Below are positions 36,024-48,604 of a stretch of 64,000 nt of DNA, piece after piece. A program made the position numbers and the translations under genes. Origin of the DNA: Takakia lepidozioides (Eukaryota > Plantae > Bryophyta); assembly GCA_030704615.1 (NCBI GenBank), contig CM060731.1, positions 24,614,001 through 24,678,000 of the forward strand, written 5' to 3'. Under the pieces are notes generated by a model. The model was not told the origin of the DNA and made no database searches. It was given only the letters and a program-made list of their open reading frames with translations. Numbering within the stretch: the first letter of the stretch is position 1; every line of letters begins with the position of its first letter.

Positions 36024-38963
36024 ATCCAGCACAACAGTCTGGATATGTGCATCCCAATTACAATTGGAGGAGAACTCAACGCCCAAGTAAGTGTAGGAAG
36101 GGAGGACCGGGATCTCTTGGCTACCCCACTGCCACTTAAGATCACTTCCTCCCTCTCCTCCGTCGTTGAATGCTACCACTGCACATTTGCTGACATTAGC
36201 CTCTAGCCCCCAAAGATCAAAGTATGTCTTCACGCAATCAATCAACTCCTGGAGATTGGTTGGAGTCTCCCCTATGCCTGCGAAGTCATCCGCAAACATA
36301 AGGGCTGGTATGGTGGTATCACCCACCCTTAACCCAAATCCCTCACTTTCCACATCCTCGAGGAGTTGATTGATGAAAACATTGAAGAGCAGAGGGGATA
36401 GAGTACATTCTTGAGCTACACCTTGGTCTAAGTCAAAGAAGTTGGACTTCTGTCCGTTAACAGTAACTCAACTTTTGGTGTGAGCACACAAGTTGTGGAC
36501 AACTCTCCACATCTTTCCCTTGATCCCACAAGACCAGAGGCGGAACCATAGGCCATCTCTCCACACTGTGTCATAAGCCTTTTTGACATCCAGGAAAAAG
36601 ACATAAGTGGGTTTCCCTTCTTTTTTCCTTCCCTGGATAATCTGGCTTAGAGTGAAGATATGATCCACACAGCCCCTGTTTCGCCGAAAGCCAGCTTGGC
36701 CTTCGTGGAAACAACCTCTAGACTCCAGATCAACCTCGAGACGAGTACTTATAAATATGCAGAATGTCTTGCCAACAACATTGAGGAGCGTGATGCCACG
36801 GTAGTTCCCCGGTTCTTCTCTGTCACCCTTCTTGTATAGATTGACAACGACCCGCTGTCGCCAGCGAAAGGGGATCATTTCAGTCTTCCAGAGAAGGTTA
36901 AAGAGGAGAAGTAGGGCCTCTATCATGGGATCGCCACCGTGCTTGATAAGCTCGTTGACAATACCATCTGGTCCACCAGCTTTACCTCCATTTAAATGTT
37001 CAATTGCTTCCACAATCTCAGAAGAGCTAATGGGAGCATTATAAGCATTGAAATATACTCCAGTTCATCAGGGCTGTTTTGAATCATAGGAACAGTTTTT
37101 CCAACTGTGTCCCTCCATTCAGCAAAAGACCCCTCACTGTTAGACCTAGAAGTTCTGCCAATGATACTGTAGTGAGTTTCAAAGGTTTTGACAATGTCAA
37201 CCGATGAAGTCACCACTGCACCTTTAGTAGTCTTCAGCGCTTGTACTTGCTAACCGTTTTTCGGTTTGTACAAACGTTGAAGGGCCAACCAGAATATCTT
37301 GTCATTACCACCATGTAGGTTTGAGTTTATTTCACTGTATAACTTGTCCCAGTATAATTTTTTCTGAGACCTAACAAGCTGATTGATATCTTTACGGAGC
37401 TGGTAGTACCTCGCCCACAATTCTCTGTTGGTTTCCAAATTGCAGCACTGTTTATAGAGGGCTCGTCTCTCAGCTATCTTGAGTTTAATCTCATTAGTCC
37501 ACCAATTAACTGCTCTACCGCAGACAATTAGTTTCCTTCGAATGATCTTGTCAGCCACGGAGGAAACGAAACTCTCCCAAGAGTCCACTGCTCTTTCGAC
37601 TTCAGATCTTGCGTTAACAGAGCGTGACTGAAGTTCTTGGAGCGATTGGACAAAATGAGGGAGAGCCTCTTGCAAGGCCTGGACGTACTCAGTCTTGACC
37701 TCCTCATTGTGGAATTTTTCTATGCGCCACTTCCGAATCGAACGTTTCACAGATCTCTTGGTGGTGGGAAAACACCTTTTGATCTCAGTCCAAACCAGGA
37801 AGTGGTCAGAGCTACCAATATCAGTTCTGTCGATCAACACATCAGCACACTAGGGGAACAAAATTTTGTCCATTATGATATAGTCCACAATGGAACGTTC
37901 CCCAGTTTGGGGTTTCTCACGAGTCCACTGCACTTGGTCACCTCTTGTCCTGTTATTCAAGGTCAAAAGCTGAAGCTCTTTTGGACAGTTAATTAACCGT
38001 CTGCCATTAGAATTCAGCTCGTCCTCACCAAAAGGTCCAATGATATCGTCCTGATGGATCCCTTTGCCCACCCAGGCATTGAAGTCCCCCAATAGTACCA
38101 CCTGACCTTTGGCAAGGAACGAAGCATAATCCAGCTTCAAAACTTGTGAGGCCTTGTCTGCGTCAGCACTAAGGGTCCCCTCTGTGGGCATGTAAACACA
38201 ACCAACAAAGAGGTCCAGTAGAGTACTCATGCCGCCCTTCAAATTCAGTTTTAGCCAGATATTATGCTCGTACCTCAAACCCTTGTTGATAATTTCACAA
38301 TTGTCAAACAAGAAATCACGGACGAACTTCTTTGAGATTGAATTGATGCGGGACTCTATTAGAAGCACTTTTGGTCATTGCAACCTTCAATGTACCCTTG
38401 TTATCAAGTCTCGAGATGGTACCATTAGCCATGAAATCCAAGCCTAAGCTAGAGCATGTAGTTATAAAGGACACATCGTCCATCCTGGGATTCACCCCAA
38501 AAACTACACATGAAGCCCTAGATTTGGCATAAGTAACCAATTCCCAGGGATCACCCTGAGGAGTGTTGATGTTGATAGGAGCTAAATTTTTGATTGTTTT
38601 CGCAGGCCATAAGTTTAAGCACAGGAACCAACCCGAGCCCAAGTGTCGAGTATGCTAGACAGAGCATACGACTGCCCAATTTGGGCGGAGGGGCTGCCCC
38701 CAAGTAGGAGTCCGCTTGTTACCATTCAGAGATCACACTCCAGGGAGTTGCAGGGAATGGCCCGTGTAGGCATATTCTAAAGAGGGAAAGGCCCCAAGCT
38801 TTCCAACTAAATCCAATGCACTACCTTACCTGAAGCAAAGCGCTTAAGGTCGAAACAAACAAGGACACGAGGTCACAAGGCCGGCATTTAGTCACAGAGA
38901 CATTAATGTACTCCCGTTTCAAGTCCACCCAATGTCAATAGGCTTCCTAGAGGACAGGGAGAA
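36024..38963 (-). mobile_element. LINE copy 4 (5' end intact, 3'-truncated after the RT core, internal deletion in EN)
   Basis: FLDVKKAYDTVWRDGL, LSPLLFNVFIN, ALMFADDF, YTYLGVEF. The 5' end abuts a (GA)n tract. Confidence 0.92.
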
Positions 38964-38964
38964 A

Positions 38965-38967
<3 letters not shown>

Positions 38968-39021
<54 letters not shown>
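38968..39021. repeat. (GA)n microsatellite
   Basis: Perfect GA run directly outside the LINE 5' end. Confidence 0.95.
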
Positions 39022-39024
<3 letters not shown>

Positions 39025-40039
39025 AATGAAATGGAATGGACTTTATAACGTCTGCAGAAAACTCAAAGAGCTTATGGGAGAAAATGGAAAAAAACATGAG
39101 AGAGGAAACAAAACCAGAGCCAAAAAACAGCCCAAAAGCAACTACTGCTCAAGGGATTGTCTAAGGGTCAAGGCCTCGTGCAGGTAAGCTGCCAAGCATT
39201 TGTGATCCTCATAGTGGAAGACTTCAGTGAGAGATTGAGTTCCGCGGAATAGACAGTGGAATCTCCCACGGATCTTGTAATACAGAGGGCAATAGAAGAA
39301 GTGTTCTTCAGTTTCAATTTCCTGATTACGCCCCGTGCAAGCTGGGCATAGGCGGTCCTCCCGTTGCAGGTTTAGGGAGAGAGAAAATGACCTGAAATGG
39401 TACTTTATAACGTCCGCGGAGGCTCAGAGTTGAGAGAGAGAGAGAGAGAGATGAGAGCCTCTTCCACTCCAAGCTTTCGGAAATAATGAACAACCTAACT
39501 ATGTGGCGTCAATTTGTCCACTTTTGATTTTCCTTTGTTGAGGATGGGTGCTACGATTGTTCTGATTGTGGTGAGGTGCAAAGAGCGAAGAGAAGAAAGA
39601 ATAGCACTATCTGGGAGTTTGAGGTTCTTCTTCAGGGTCTTTAGGGTCTGGTTGTTTGTTTCTCCCTTGGCACCTAAGGTGATATTAGTTGTCCTCCGCA
39701 TACATATCCACCACACCATAAAGAGAAGAAAGCTCTTTGAACTTACTTGAAGCATCTTGTATTTCCGAGGGTGCAGCATCCTTCAAACTCAGGATGGACA
39801 CGGTTGCCTTACCAAATGTGTCAGCTCTGCTGCTGCCTCTTCCTGTCCACCCAACCATGACACGTACCATGAAAAACTCACTTGACATTTATATCCCACT
39901 GTTCTTATTGAGTAAACCAGAAACAATAGACATCATGTAGCCAAGTGCTACGCGATGAACAGCTGTAGATTCTAACAAGCGAGGACTGGGATAAAAACAG
40001 AGATAAGAATGCGTACGTTGCCAATTTATCTCGAGTTTC

Positions 40040-40315
40040 TTTGGCTATCATGCGTTATACCTCTGTAGGTATACTAAACAGGGCAACTACCTCATAACAA
40101 TACCTCAACCTGCATATAGGCTGATTTGACCAAGTTTCTTTGTAAGTCAAGCGCTATACCTCTGGTGGTATACTAAACAGGGCTACTGTCTCATGACGAT
40201 ACCTCCGCATAAATATAGATTAATTTGGCCAACTTTTCTTGTAAAATGAAATACTATACCTCTGTAGATATATCAAACAGGGCTACAACCTAATGACGAT
40301 ACCTCTACTAGTATA
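40040..40315 (-). repeat. Inverted copy of the ~100-bp tandem array (~3 units)
   Basis: tatacctctg at 40056, 40155 and 40255, the reverse complement of the 31.0-31.4 kb unit. Confidence 0.85.
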
Positions 40316-40748
40316 TCTCTCTCTCTCATCTCTCTCCTTCAGGCTACGTGACTCATCTCGTGACTTAGGCCTTACGACAAGCAAAGGATGGACGGGTAGC
40401 AGGAATAGACGGGCAACATGTATATTCAGCTTATACTCTCGTATGTATATGTGTATACGATGCATATACATATACATATATATGATAATATAATATATAT
40501 TATATACAAAAATAAGTTAAAAATTATAGATTACAATTCAATTGAATTGTAGTCAGCAATTCAATTGAATTGCGAATTGAATTGTTGACTGCAATTCAAT
40601 TGAATTACGAGTTGACAATTCAATTGAATTGCCAATTCGCAATTCAATTGAATCGTGTGCCGACAATTCAATTGAATTGCAAATTAGGGTTAGTTCAATT
40701 GAATTGCCCTTGCAATTCAGTTGAATTGCGCACTGATCAAGTGAATTC

Positions 40749-43445
40749 CTGCTGGATTCTCAAGCAAGAAGATCCAGCTTCACTGCTGTTAACTATTTCA
40801 AGGCTTCTTTCTGTTTGCTGAAGTTGTCAAGGTGTGTGGATTGTTGCTCCGCAGGTATTGAAGCCAGAATTCAGTGCAGCCAGAAATGGCCCGGCTGGCT
40901 GCCTCCAGCATGGGGATTCTCGAAAACCCAGTTTCTACAAGATTCAGCAGCTTCCTCTGTTTGGCGCCATTCTTGTGCTCAGTTGCACCGTTCTGGCAAT
41001 TGTCAAGCTGTGGATGCATTATTGTCTGCTGTGTTTGCTCCTCAGCGACTAGGCAGGGCCCGGAATTTTTCCCCAGCTGGGTTGAGGAGATCAGTGCCCT
41101 TCTTGATGCCATCTAAGATGTCGTCGCAGAGGGCCTGCGTGTCTGCCGCGGATTCGGCATCGTCAGCAGCGTCGGTGGAGGATGAACAGGCTGAGATCTC
41201 GGAAGGGACCAAGGATATATCGCCCGAGGGATTGACCAGAGAGCGCGTGATGCAGGAGGTGATGCAACGGCTCACAGAGGAGAACCTGGAGGAGGCTGCC
41301 CACAAGTACAATACTGAAGAGGAGCTCTTTGCGGAAATTGATTATGCGCAGGTCTCCTCATCCTTTACAGTTTCTTGCTGTTCTTCATACCCTGTACACT
41401 AACGATGCCTTAGTGCGACGTTGAAATGATGTTTTGACAGGCTCTCTTGATCCGGATAAGCAGGAAATAAGTCAAGTGTCTGATGGTTTCTAGTCAGGGG
41501 TTTAGGCGCAAGGGTTTATGTTTATTGTAAGCATATATTTCTTGTATTCCCTCTCTCTGTCTCTGTCTCTCTCCCCCTCTCCCCCCCCTACACACCGAGA
41601 GACGACTGGACCGATCCAAACTAATTACAATTATGGCATTTCTTCCTATGAGTCGGTCGCCGGGTGGTCTCTTCAATAGTAGCACTGCTCTGGCTGCCCT
41701 TCGGCCCCTCTTTGATGATCTTGCTCTTTTGTTCTGATCCAAGCAACTGGAATGTAGCGTTCACAGATCGCCCATTCTCTGGCAATCCAGCTGCAGTGTG
41801 TTATCTCCCATATGAAAAGGATGATGCCTGGCTGCAACTCATTGCCCGTGAATTTAATCTGTCCGAGACTGCATTTCTGGTAAAGAGACGTTCTACACTG
41901 AAAGAAGGCAAAGGCAATTCATTGCCGGAGGTGGATGAAAGTGGTAAGCGTCTGAAAGCTGTGAAGAAGAACATGGCTGGCACCTGTGGAAAATGAGTTT
42001 AACCTATGCTGGTTCACCCCTACTGTTGAGGTATGCTCCCATGCTTACACACACCCACATGCATCTTTGGCATGTCCTAGCACATACCCTTTGCAGTGAG
42101 AGCCGGTTCAACTAATTTCCAATGCTGTCTGATGGGGTTCCCTTCCTCTTTGTTGCGTTGCACTTCTAGAGTGTGTTGGTTATTTATCTCTATATCGGGA
42201 GTTGAGGTGGGAGAAACTGTATTAGAGAGGGTATACTTGTGTGTAGAAGGATAGTGACTGAGGAGTATGACGGTCCGCAGGTGGATCTTTGTGGGCATGC
42301 CACTATTGTGTCTGCCCATCTGCTGTTTGTATCTGGCATTGTGGAGGGGGACACAGCACTGTTTCACACAAGATCAGGAGTGCTCAAAGCCACCAAGGTT
42401 TCTGGCTACGAAGAGGATGAGGAGCCACCTTCAGAGGTGGAAGAGAAGCCACTTAAGAGATAGCGGCCAGCAGGCAAAGGTGTTGTTGAGTTGACTTCCC
42501 GCTGGTGCCTGCCTTGGCCTGCAGTGATGCTTCTCATCTCTCTGATGCTCTTGGAGGTATTACAGTTACATGGATTGGACAAAGCAGCTTGGGTGACTAC
42601 CTGGTACTCCCTTTCATCTTTAGATCTCTAACACAAACACAGACTAATACTTAAGTCATGCACACAAGCAACAGTGGGGGGATGCTTGCATGTGCAGGGA
42701 GAGTTAACTATGGGAAAAGAATGGTCAAACCCCTTATCCCCTGTCTGCTTTCTACCTTGGCAGTTTGAGGATGATAGAAATGAGCTGCTATCTTGGCAAA
42801 TAGTGGATGCTTTTATGTGGTTGTGCTTTTCTTTGCATCCGGTGTTGCAGCATTGAATACATATAGATAGAGATTAAAGGTACAGGTGCAAAATCTGTCC
42901 ATTGCCTCTAACCCATTTTCACTTGTGGACATGCAAAGGTGGAAGTACCTTCAAATGAAGATGTGGAAAGTGTAAAGCCTCAATTAGACAAAATGCTGGA
43001 TCTCAGTGGTCGGGGGGGTGTCATTGTGACGGCACGCGCAGCTGAAGATAGTGAATATGACTTCGTGTCACGTTTCTTTTGCCCCAAAAGTGGAATATCT
43101 GAGGTATGCAAAGCATTGATGGCTGTCGTGTTTGTGGAAGTCTTCACTTAAGTGTGATGTGGTGTTGGTGTCCTTGATGACATGCTGTTTGATTGGAACG
43201 AAACTATTTTCTTTCCTTTTTGCAGTTCGGGTGGTCTGGTCGTGCAGAAGGGTATGGCATTCTTGGCTAGTTAATAAAGTATTCTGTGAGCAACATTAAA
43301 TTGTTGTCTTGTCCAAGTAATAGCAGATGAGTGGGATGTTTACATGACTTTTTAAGAACATCATATTTGAGAAAACAAGAATCTGTGTATATGAATGTGC
43401 GTTACCAGGATCCAGCCACAGGGAGTGCTCATTGCACATTGGCAG
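40749..43445 (+). pseudogene. PhzC/PhzF-like (phenazine biosynthesis-like isomerase) pseudogene
   Basis: AFTDRPFSGNPAAV, EFNLSETAF, WFTPTVE|VDLCGHAT, YDFVSRFFCP..E|DPATGSAHC. Frameshifts near 41985 and 42495, in-frame TAG at 42461, no ATG upstream of the transit-peptide-like region, and 3' exons absent. Confidence 0.88.
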
Positions 43446-43658
43446 GGAAATTGCGGAAGCGGTACTGGTCAGTAGTGCAAGCATTTTTATCTGGAGTTGT
43501 ATGTAGGGGCAAGTGTGTGGTGATGGAACATATGCAGGATCTGGATGGGTGCAGAGGACAAGATACAGCCCGTAAACAAGAGTTATGAGACTGATTTGAG
43601 GGCTAGTATTACCTGGCAGTCATTGGAAGGATCTTTTTAAAGGAGCAGGGCAGACACC

Positions 43659-43750
43659 ATGGGAGTAACACGGAAGCTGCAAGAGAGATTGACAGAGTTT
43701 TGAAGAAAGTGCAAGAAGGGGTTGATGGTTTTGACTGCATCTGGAACAAG
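43659..43750 (+). pseudogene. NOT3: Isolated first coding exon of CCR4-NOT subunit NOT3 (frameshifted)
   Basis: MGVTRKLQ(fs)EIDRVLKKVQEGVDGFDCIWNK|gt; no following exons. Confidence 0.8.
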
Positions 43751-43864
43751 GTTTGCTGGCCCCCTCTGCATTCTCCCGTGTCTCTCTCTTCGTCAAGACA
43801 GAATTAAGGGTCCCTCTACTCTCCCTCTCGTGGGTGTGCAGGCGTGGGCAGATTTGCAATGGGC

Positions 43865-44173
43865 CCGGTTCATCGATTCATCGACACAACTGAAATTGGT
43901 ACCTTTGACCACTTTCTGGTTTGGACTGAGATCAAAAGGTGTTTTCCCAACACCACGAGACCTGTGAAACGTTCGATTCGGACGTGGCGCATAGAGAGCT
44001 TCCAAAATGAAGAGGTCAAGGTTGAGTATGTCCAGGCCTTGCAAGAGGCTCTCCCTCATTTGTCCACTCACTCCAAGACCTTCAATCTCGCTCTGGCAAT
44101 GCAAGAAACGAAGTCGAAAGAGTATCGAAAGACTAGTGGATTCTTGGGAGAGCTTCGTCTTCTCTGTGGCTGA
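43865..44173 (+). mobile_element. Internal fragment of the RTE/RTEX-like LINE
   Basis: IDTTEIGTFDHFLVWTEIKRCFP..EEVKVEYVQALQEALPH. Confidence 0.88.
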
Positions 44174-44504
44174 GGATTGAAATCTGATGTCTTTTGGGCA
44201 TTCAGAACGATGCTTGAATGCAATTATGTTCACATGTGTTGGATAATTGACTTGAATATCGGAGTCCAGCATTTGGCATTTGAGGCGAATGGACAGCACT
44301 GTGTATGGGCCTTGCATCGTAACCTATCAAGTGGTGTCTCTTCCTTTGTGAATAAAGACGTTTTTTCAGTGGTCGTGGATTTGGTAAAGGAGGAGTGTGG
44401 ATGTACCGCTCCTTTGATTCCTGACCCGATTTATTTTTCTGATTGGAAACTTCCAATCCATGTATTGTATTTGTAAGCTGTGGTTTCGATGTTTTGTAGT
44501 AGGG

Positions 44505-44635
44505 AGTGGTGACTAAAGGTTTCATCACAATTTGGCTGAAGCCATATTGTGGGAAACAATCCCTAGTGCATCCATGTTGCCATGGGCTGGAAAGTGGGTC
44601 TCCAGCTCTCGAACCAAACCCTTTGCAGCTCCTAA
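44505..44635 (-). mobile_element. C-terminal fragment of a hAT-type (ZNF862-like) transposase
   Basis: ELETHFPAHGNMDALGIV(fs)PQY(W)LQPNCDETF; recognised from memory of bryophyte hAT proteins. Confidence 0.45.
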
Positions 44636-47600
44636 ATTGGTGCTAGTGTTGGGGACTGTCGAAGACGAGCGATGGTGCTTTCATGAAATCAAAGTTACGC
44701 CGAATGCATTGATCAGTGGAAAGCAGCCCGTGTGTGTTATAATTTTGATGCGTAGTCTCTGTGGTTCCTGTGGAGGTTGGGTAGGTGAGCGTGCATATTC
44801 CAAATATTCTTAAGATGCCTTCGGAATATTTGATAGCGTAACGAAAATTGAGAAACTAAAACATTTGCGAAACTATTTTTCACTGCTCACATAGGCCCTC
44901 ACAGCAACACTTACGAAACAAGCAACCCCTATAGATGATAAACATAGGCGTGGTATTTCCTCACGCAATACTCACCCGATACTAGGCCCTTTCCATGATA
45001 GACTTGAGAAAAGGGCGCTCAGACTCCAAGAGACTTTAAAGGTTGTCACGGCCCATGGATAATTTATCGAGTCGAAACACTTGCTCCCGGAATTACTAGT
45101 TAATTTTAATTTCTCCTCTTTTATCTTTTCTACACCTTAATATAATGATTTAGGGTCTCAATCCCTTTAGTGAAAAAACAATTAATAAAAAAATGAAAAA
45201 TTCTCAATGCGAAATTGAAAGATAGATTAGATAGTTTATCGTTTTGGTGCAACTGTACCTTATAAATGCACCTTATAAATGCACCGTGTCTCAAAACATG
45301 TAACTCCTATGACCGCAATCTACAAACATACAACCCCCATGACCGTGGGTTGTGCTCACAAGAGGATACCAACCCCTGTTCATGTGTTATGGTGTAGGGC
45401 GGAAAACTTGGTGGTGCATGTTTTCAACGATAAGCCTCTCAGTGAGGCTCCATGATCACTTGCAATGAACTTCCAGTTTTGAAAACCTCTTTGTTTTCAT
45501 GATCTTGGCAAGTTTTGTTTATTTTGTTGTGATGTGGATCCTAACTACTTAGCTAAGTTGTGTTTGTTGTTGTATGGCGTGTTTTGTGTATGTGTGCATG
45601 TCACTAGTGCTGCAATGGGCAATTTCACGGGTTCAATCCAGTGTTTGTCTGTGAATGTGGTGTACTTGAATGAGGGGTGTTCTAGTCTGTCCTACAGTTC
45701 CTGTTCCTGGTTGAATCTTCACTATGCCCTCTATTTCAGTTCTGCAAGGTTGTAAATTCCCCCAAAATCATACAATTCATTACTGGTAATAGCCATTTCA
45801 TTACCGAAACCATATCATTTCGTCCAAGTAACCACAGCTACAATTTAACCCTTAAGTTCCCAAGCGACCTCAATCAGGTCACTTTGAATTTGCAGCTGGA
45901 CCTCATTTTTGCAGATCTAATCTGATGGGGCCCACTCCTGAAGCTTTAATGACAAGGGATTTGTCTCGAGTACGATGTAGAAAACAAAGTTAAAAAAAAA
46001 CAAAAGCTACAACCTACAAAAAATATCTTAGATCTCTCATTTACGTTTTTGGCCTGAAAAGGGCTTGTTGACTGCTGACGTGGCAGGTAAACAAGCCCAA
46101 AACAGATTGCACTCCAAAGTCCATTTTTGGCGGAAAATTAGCAATTTTGGAAAAAGCACTTCACCTTGTGGAGTGTGAGCATTACATACACACATCCACC
46201 ATTGGCTTTTAAAAATTTGGTAGAAAAAAAGGTACTTCATTTCGAGGCACATTTTCTCTTGTCAATTTTGAGAGTTCAACCCCCATGTAATTGCATGCAT
46301 AGCAACCATAGGTGAAAAAATCAGTTGGACCTGCAATTTAGTGGGGTCATAGCCACTCCACTATTGATTTGGAAATGGTGGGTCTTGGGGCAAGCAAAAT
46401 TGGATAAAGCTAGGTTTTGATTTGGTCAAACCAATTTGTTTCTCACTTTTTCTTTGGGACCTGATATTTGAGGTCCTGGCCAACCCTATAATCTCACAAT
46501 TTCCTCGATGGGCTTGGCTCATTTTTTGGTATGTCATGCATAAATGAGGTGGGCCCACTACTATAAGGCTGGAATGATTTTTGGTAGGATTCTAGGGGTA
46601 ATTTACTGCAGCTGGGTACCCAAAATTGGTAAAAAGTCAAAAAAGGGCTTGGGAACTTGAGGGTTAAAAGAAGCCAAAACCTTTCTCCCACTATGTTAAG
46701 ACCAATCGCCTGTTGTAACAACTTAAAATTTTCAAACGTCGGCTCCTTGCGATATGCTTTTTCTCAAAGGAGCCACCCATTTACATTCCCACCACACTTC
46801 TGTCGCCACTTTGGCACCATTTGCTAGTTCTGAGGAGCCATGCTGGCTACTTCTCAAAAACCCAAAAAGAGCATTGGACGCAACACTGTAAGCAATAAGG
46901 AAAGGTCATACCAATAGAATTTGATTTTTTCCTTAAAAAAGACATTGACAAACACAGGGAGAAGTATTCAACACTCCTATAGCTAGGTTGGACGACCATA
47001 AGCATATTGAGTCCACCACACAACTAAAGTTCTAGTACAAAAAAACGGCCCACAGACTATCATAGTACCTTGGCAATTTCGACACAAATTTTAATATTTC
47101 AAATATTGTTGAAATTTTTGGAAATTGATCTTGTGAAATCAAACAACTTTGTAATAAAGTATCTTTGGGAATATTCTATATGTCGAAATGAAATTCTCAA
47201 AATAAAATAAATATTCGACATATGATTGTTGATCTTGCAAGGGAACTACGGTATGGGTTCGGGCTCTAATTCATTCATAATGACATTTTGTCCCCAGAAA
47301 ATATTACAATATTTTTCAATCAATGGTTAAATGTGAGTCTAATTTTTGGTCTAGTAGAATGCATAGACTTGTAAGAGCATCTCCTCTCCCCACCATGTCA
47401 ATGCCCTGCAATGTGTTTAGCGACCCCACCCACGACTCGTCATTCCACACAAGCGGGGCTCCAGCATAAGTCAGAGCTCCGCCCTCTCCTCTGTGTATGA
47501 TAGAGGGAGCTGAGGTAAGTGACGTTAGGGAGCTTGGTTGAGAGATTCTATGGCAGCTCCAGAGACCAATGTGACAAGGCCGCTACATTTAGGCTATAGG

Positions 47601-47760
47601 GCTGCTTACTGTGTATAAGGAGATGCAAGGCTCATTATCAACTTATCAAGCATAAATCTAGGTGGGTCTACAGATTCAAATTCCTTAGGAGGGGATGTGA
47701 AACTTGTGTGTGTTCATTTTGTACTTGGCAGTTAACGTTAACAACCTGGCTATAAGCCAA

Positions 47761-47909
47761 CATCATGACCGGATTGGGGAATAATCCCCATCATGACCGG
47801 ATTGGGGAATAATCCCCAGGTGTCATCTCCCCACTGCCAGCCAACATTGCTCTCCATGGGATGGAGACAGCTTTGGGGGCTCTCCATGGGATGGAGACAG
47901 CTTTGGGGG
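47761..47909 (+). repeat. Two short perfect tandem duplications (28 bp x2; 30 bp x2)
   Basis: catcatgaccggattggggaataatccc x2; ctctccatgggatggagacagctttggggg x2. Confidence 0.9.
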
Positions 47910-48604
47910 AGTGGGCACTGATTTGCTACAAGATTTATATTATACGCCACAAAACTTAAGTGAAAAAATTTGTTGTATTTTGTAACGGAATGGTAAAAAG
48001 CTTAAATGCCAATCAATCGGAACGAATGAATAAATCTTATGCAAGTTCCTTGGGAGAGATTAGTAACATTAGAGAGGCCAAACTGACAAAAGTTCAAAAG
48101 AGAAAAGTCTAGGATGAGCAGTCAACCCAATATTTTGACTTTTGGTGGGCTTAGTTTTCTGACTGAACTATTTGTCGGAAAGATAATTGCAACTACATCA
48201 AAGTTTTGTTACACTTCTATTGACTGTTTGAGCTGATTAAGATGACATCTAGAATTAGGCACAAAGACATAACAAACCCAGATATACTTGGATTGCTATC
48301 ATCAAGGCCAAAGTCATGGCCAGGCAGAGCCCGTATTCTGATTCTTTGAAAGAAATTACGGGTCTGACAAAATGGGAAGTCACATGGAAGATTCTTTGAA
48401 CACAATACCCATCAGATCCAAAAGGATCATCACAAACTGATACACTGCACACTCTGGAATGTTTGTACAACCATTACTAGTGTCCACCTGGTACATTTGG
48501 ATAGAACACCACCTGAGTGATCTGTTGTGATGAATCTCCCCTAACACTCTCAAGGGTGCACTAAGAAAAAACCCAGGTTCTATTAGCAGTCTCAATATGT
48601 TCAC

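Larger units (their letters stand above)
27527..40749 (+). mobile_element. Large (13.2 kb) TIR element 3, IS3EU-like, with transposase pseudogene and gene-fragment cargo
   Basis: Left TIR 27527-~27917 and right TIR ~40316-40749 share diagnostic variants (ttgatcagtgcgc; gtcacgagatgagtc) absent from elements 1 and 2. The right tip is eroded, so no TSD is readable. Confidence 0.85.

Noticed and set aside
40533-40730. CRISPR-like reading of the 16-bp palindrome arrays
   Set aside because: Spacers are only about 6-8 bp, and the arrays are part of paired transposon TIRs.
47370-47587. Possible solo LTR ending ..GGCCGCTACA
   Set aside because: No matching TSD and an ambiguous left terminus.
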